A DNA stretch of 63,957 nucleotides, the filler included, from Neolecta irregularis DAH-3 (lineage: Eukaryota), in assembly GCA_001929475.1 (NCBI GenBank). It is 8 parts of 8 records of this genome, joined end to end, with 100 filler letters (N's around TTAATTAATTAA, not from the genome) between each part and the next. Parts side by side here need not be neighbours in the genome. Positions count along the whole stretch, not along the records: positions 62,949 to 63,957 come from LXFE01000266.1; 7 more parts are not named here. The stretch is one strand, 5' to 3'. A program made the position numbers and the translations under genes. Positions 63,816-63,957 of this stretch are shown piece after piece. The notes beneath the pieces were generated by a model that was not told the DNA's origin, did no database searches, and saw only the letters and a program-made list of their open reading frames with translations. Each line of letters opens with the position of its first letter. Within the stretch, counting starts at the first letter, position 1.

Positions 63816-63957
63816 GCGAGATAACGCAGATGCAATATAATGACTAACCGAGTTATGCGAAGTTACCGAAACTTACTGAACTCGGTATAATAGGGACGGT
63901 GTGGTATGGATTCTTTGTTTTCAACACTTCAATACTTTTAATCAACAATCAATTAAC

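Noticed and set aside
48874-63957. Secondary-metabolite or functional cluster (P450 + GT34 + F-box + USP + CCH1)
   Set aside because: The genes lie on separate small contigs joined by artificial linkers, adjacency is unproven, and there is no backbone synthase.

Overview
Gene-dense eukaryotic DNA from an ascomycete fungus. The very short introns and the gene set suggest an early-diverging Taphrinomycotina lineage; this is inference only. About 35 spliced protein-coding genes are recognisable: two head-to-head RNase T2 paralogs, SPP1, TOP3, DUF1295, the m-AAA protease YTA12/AFG3, TAD1, a DENN protein, SCS3/FIT, CLU1, MCT1, BOR1, a sulfotransferase-fold protein, an NT-C2 protein, two P450s, an M28 peptidase, VPS35, PAQR/IZH, MRP51, BBC1, RPS17, a Cdc25-like rhodanese, GAD8/YPK1, ADA2, GT34, two F-box genes, USP and partial CCH1. 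There is also a Ty3/Gypsy gag remnant and a decayed TE. Seven artificial N44-TTAATTAATTAA-N44 linkers and five 10-N gaps mean gene order across gaps is unreliable. The most interesting signals are: recurring GC-rich peaks with a G-rich to C-rich skew flip that ignores gene orientation (hotspot-like); a circularly permuted GT34 contig; a CYP504-like P450 lacking the I-helix Gly/Thr; a possible gag-only LTR element; a hairpin-masked poison 3' splice site in RPS17; and a possible unannotated Ten1-like OB-fold gene. No prokaryotic systems such as CRISPR are present. All calls come from reading motifs by eye, exon boundaries are approximate, and no searches were run.
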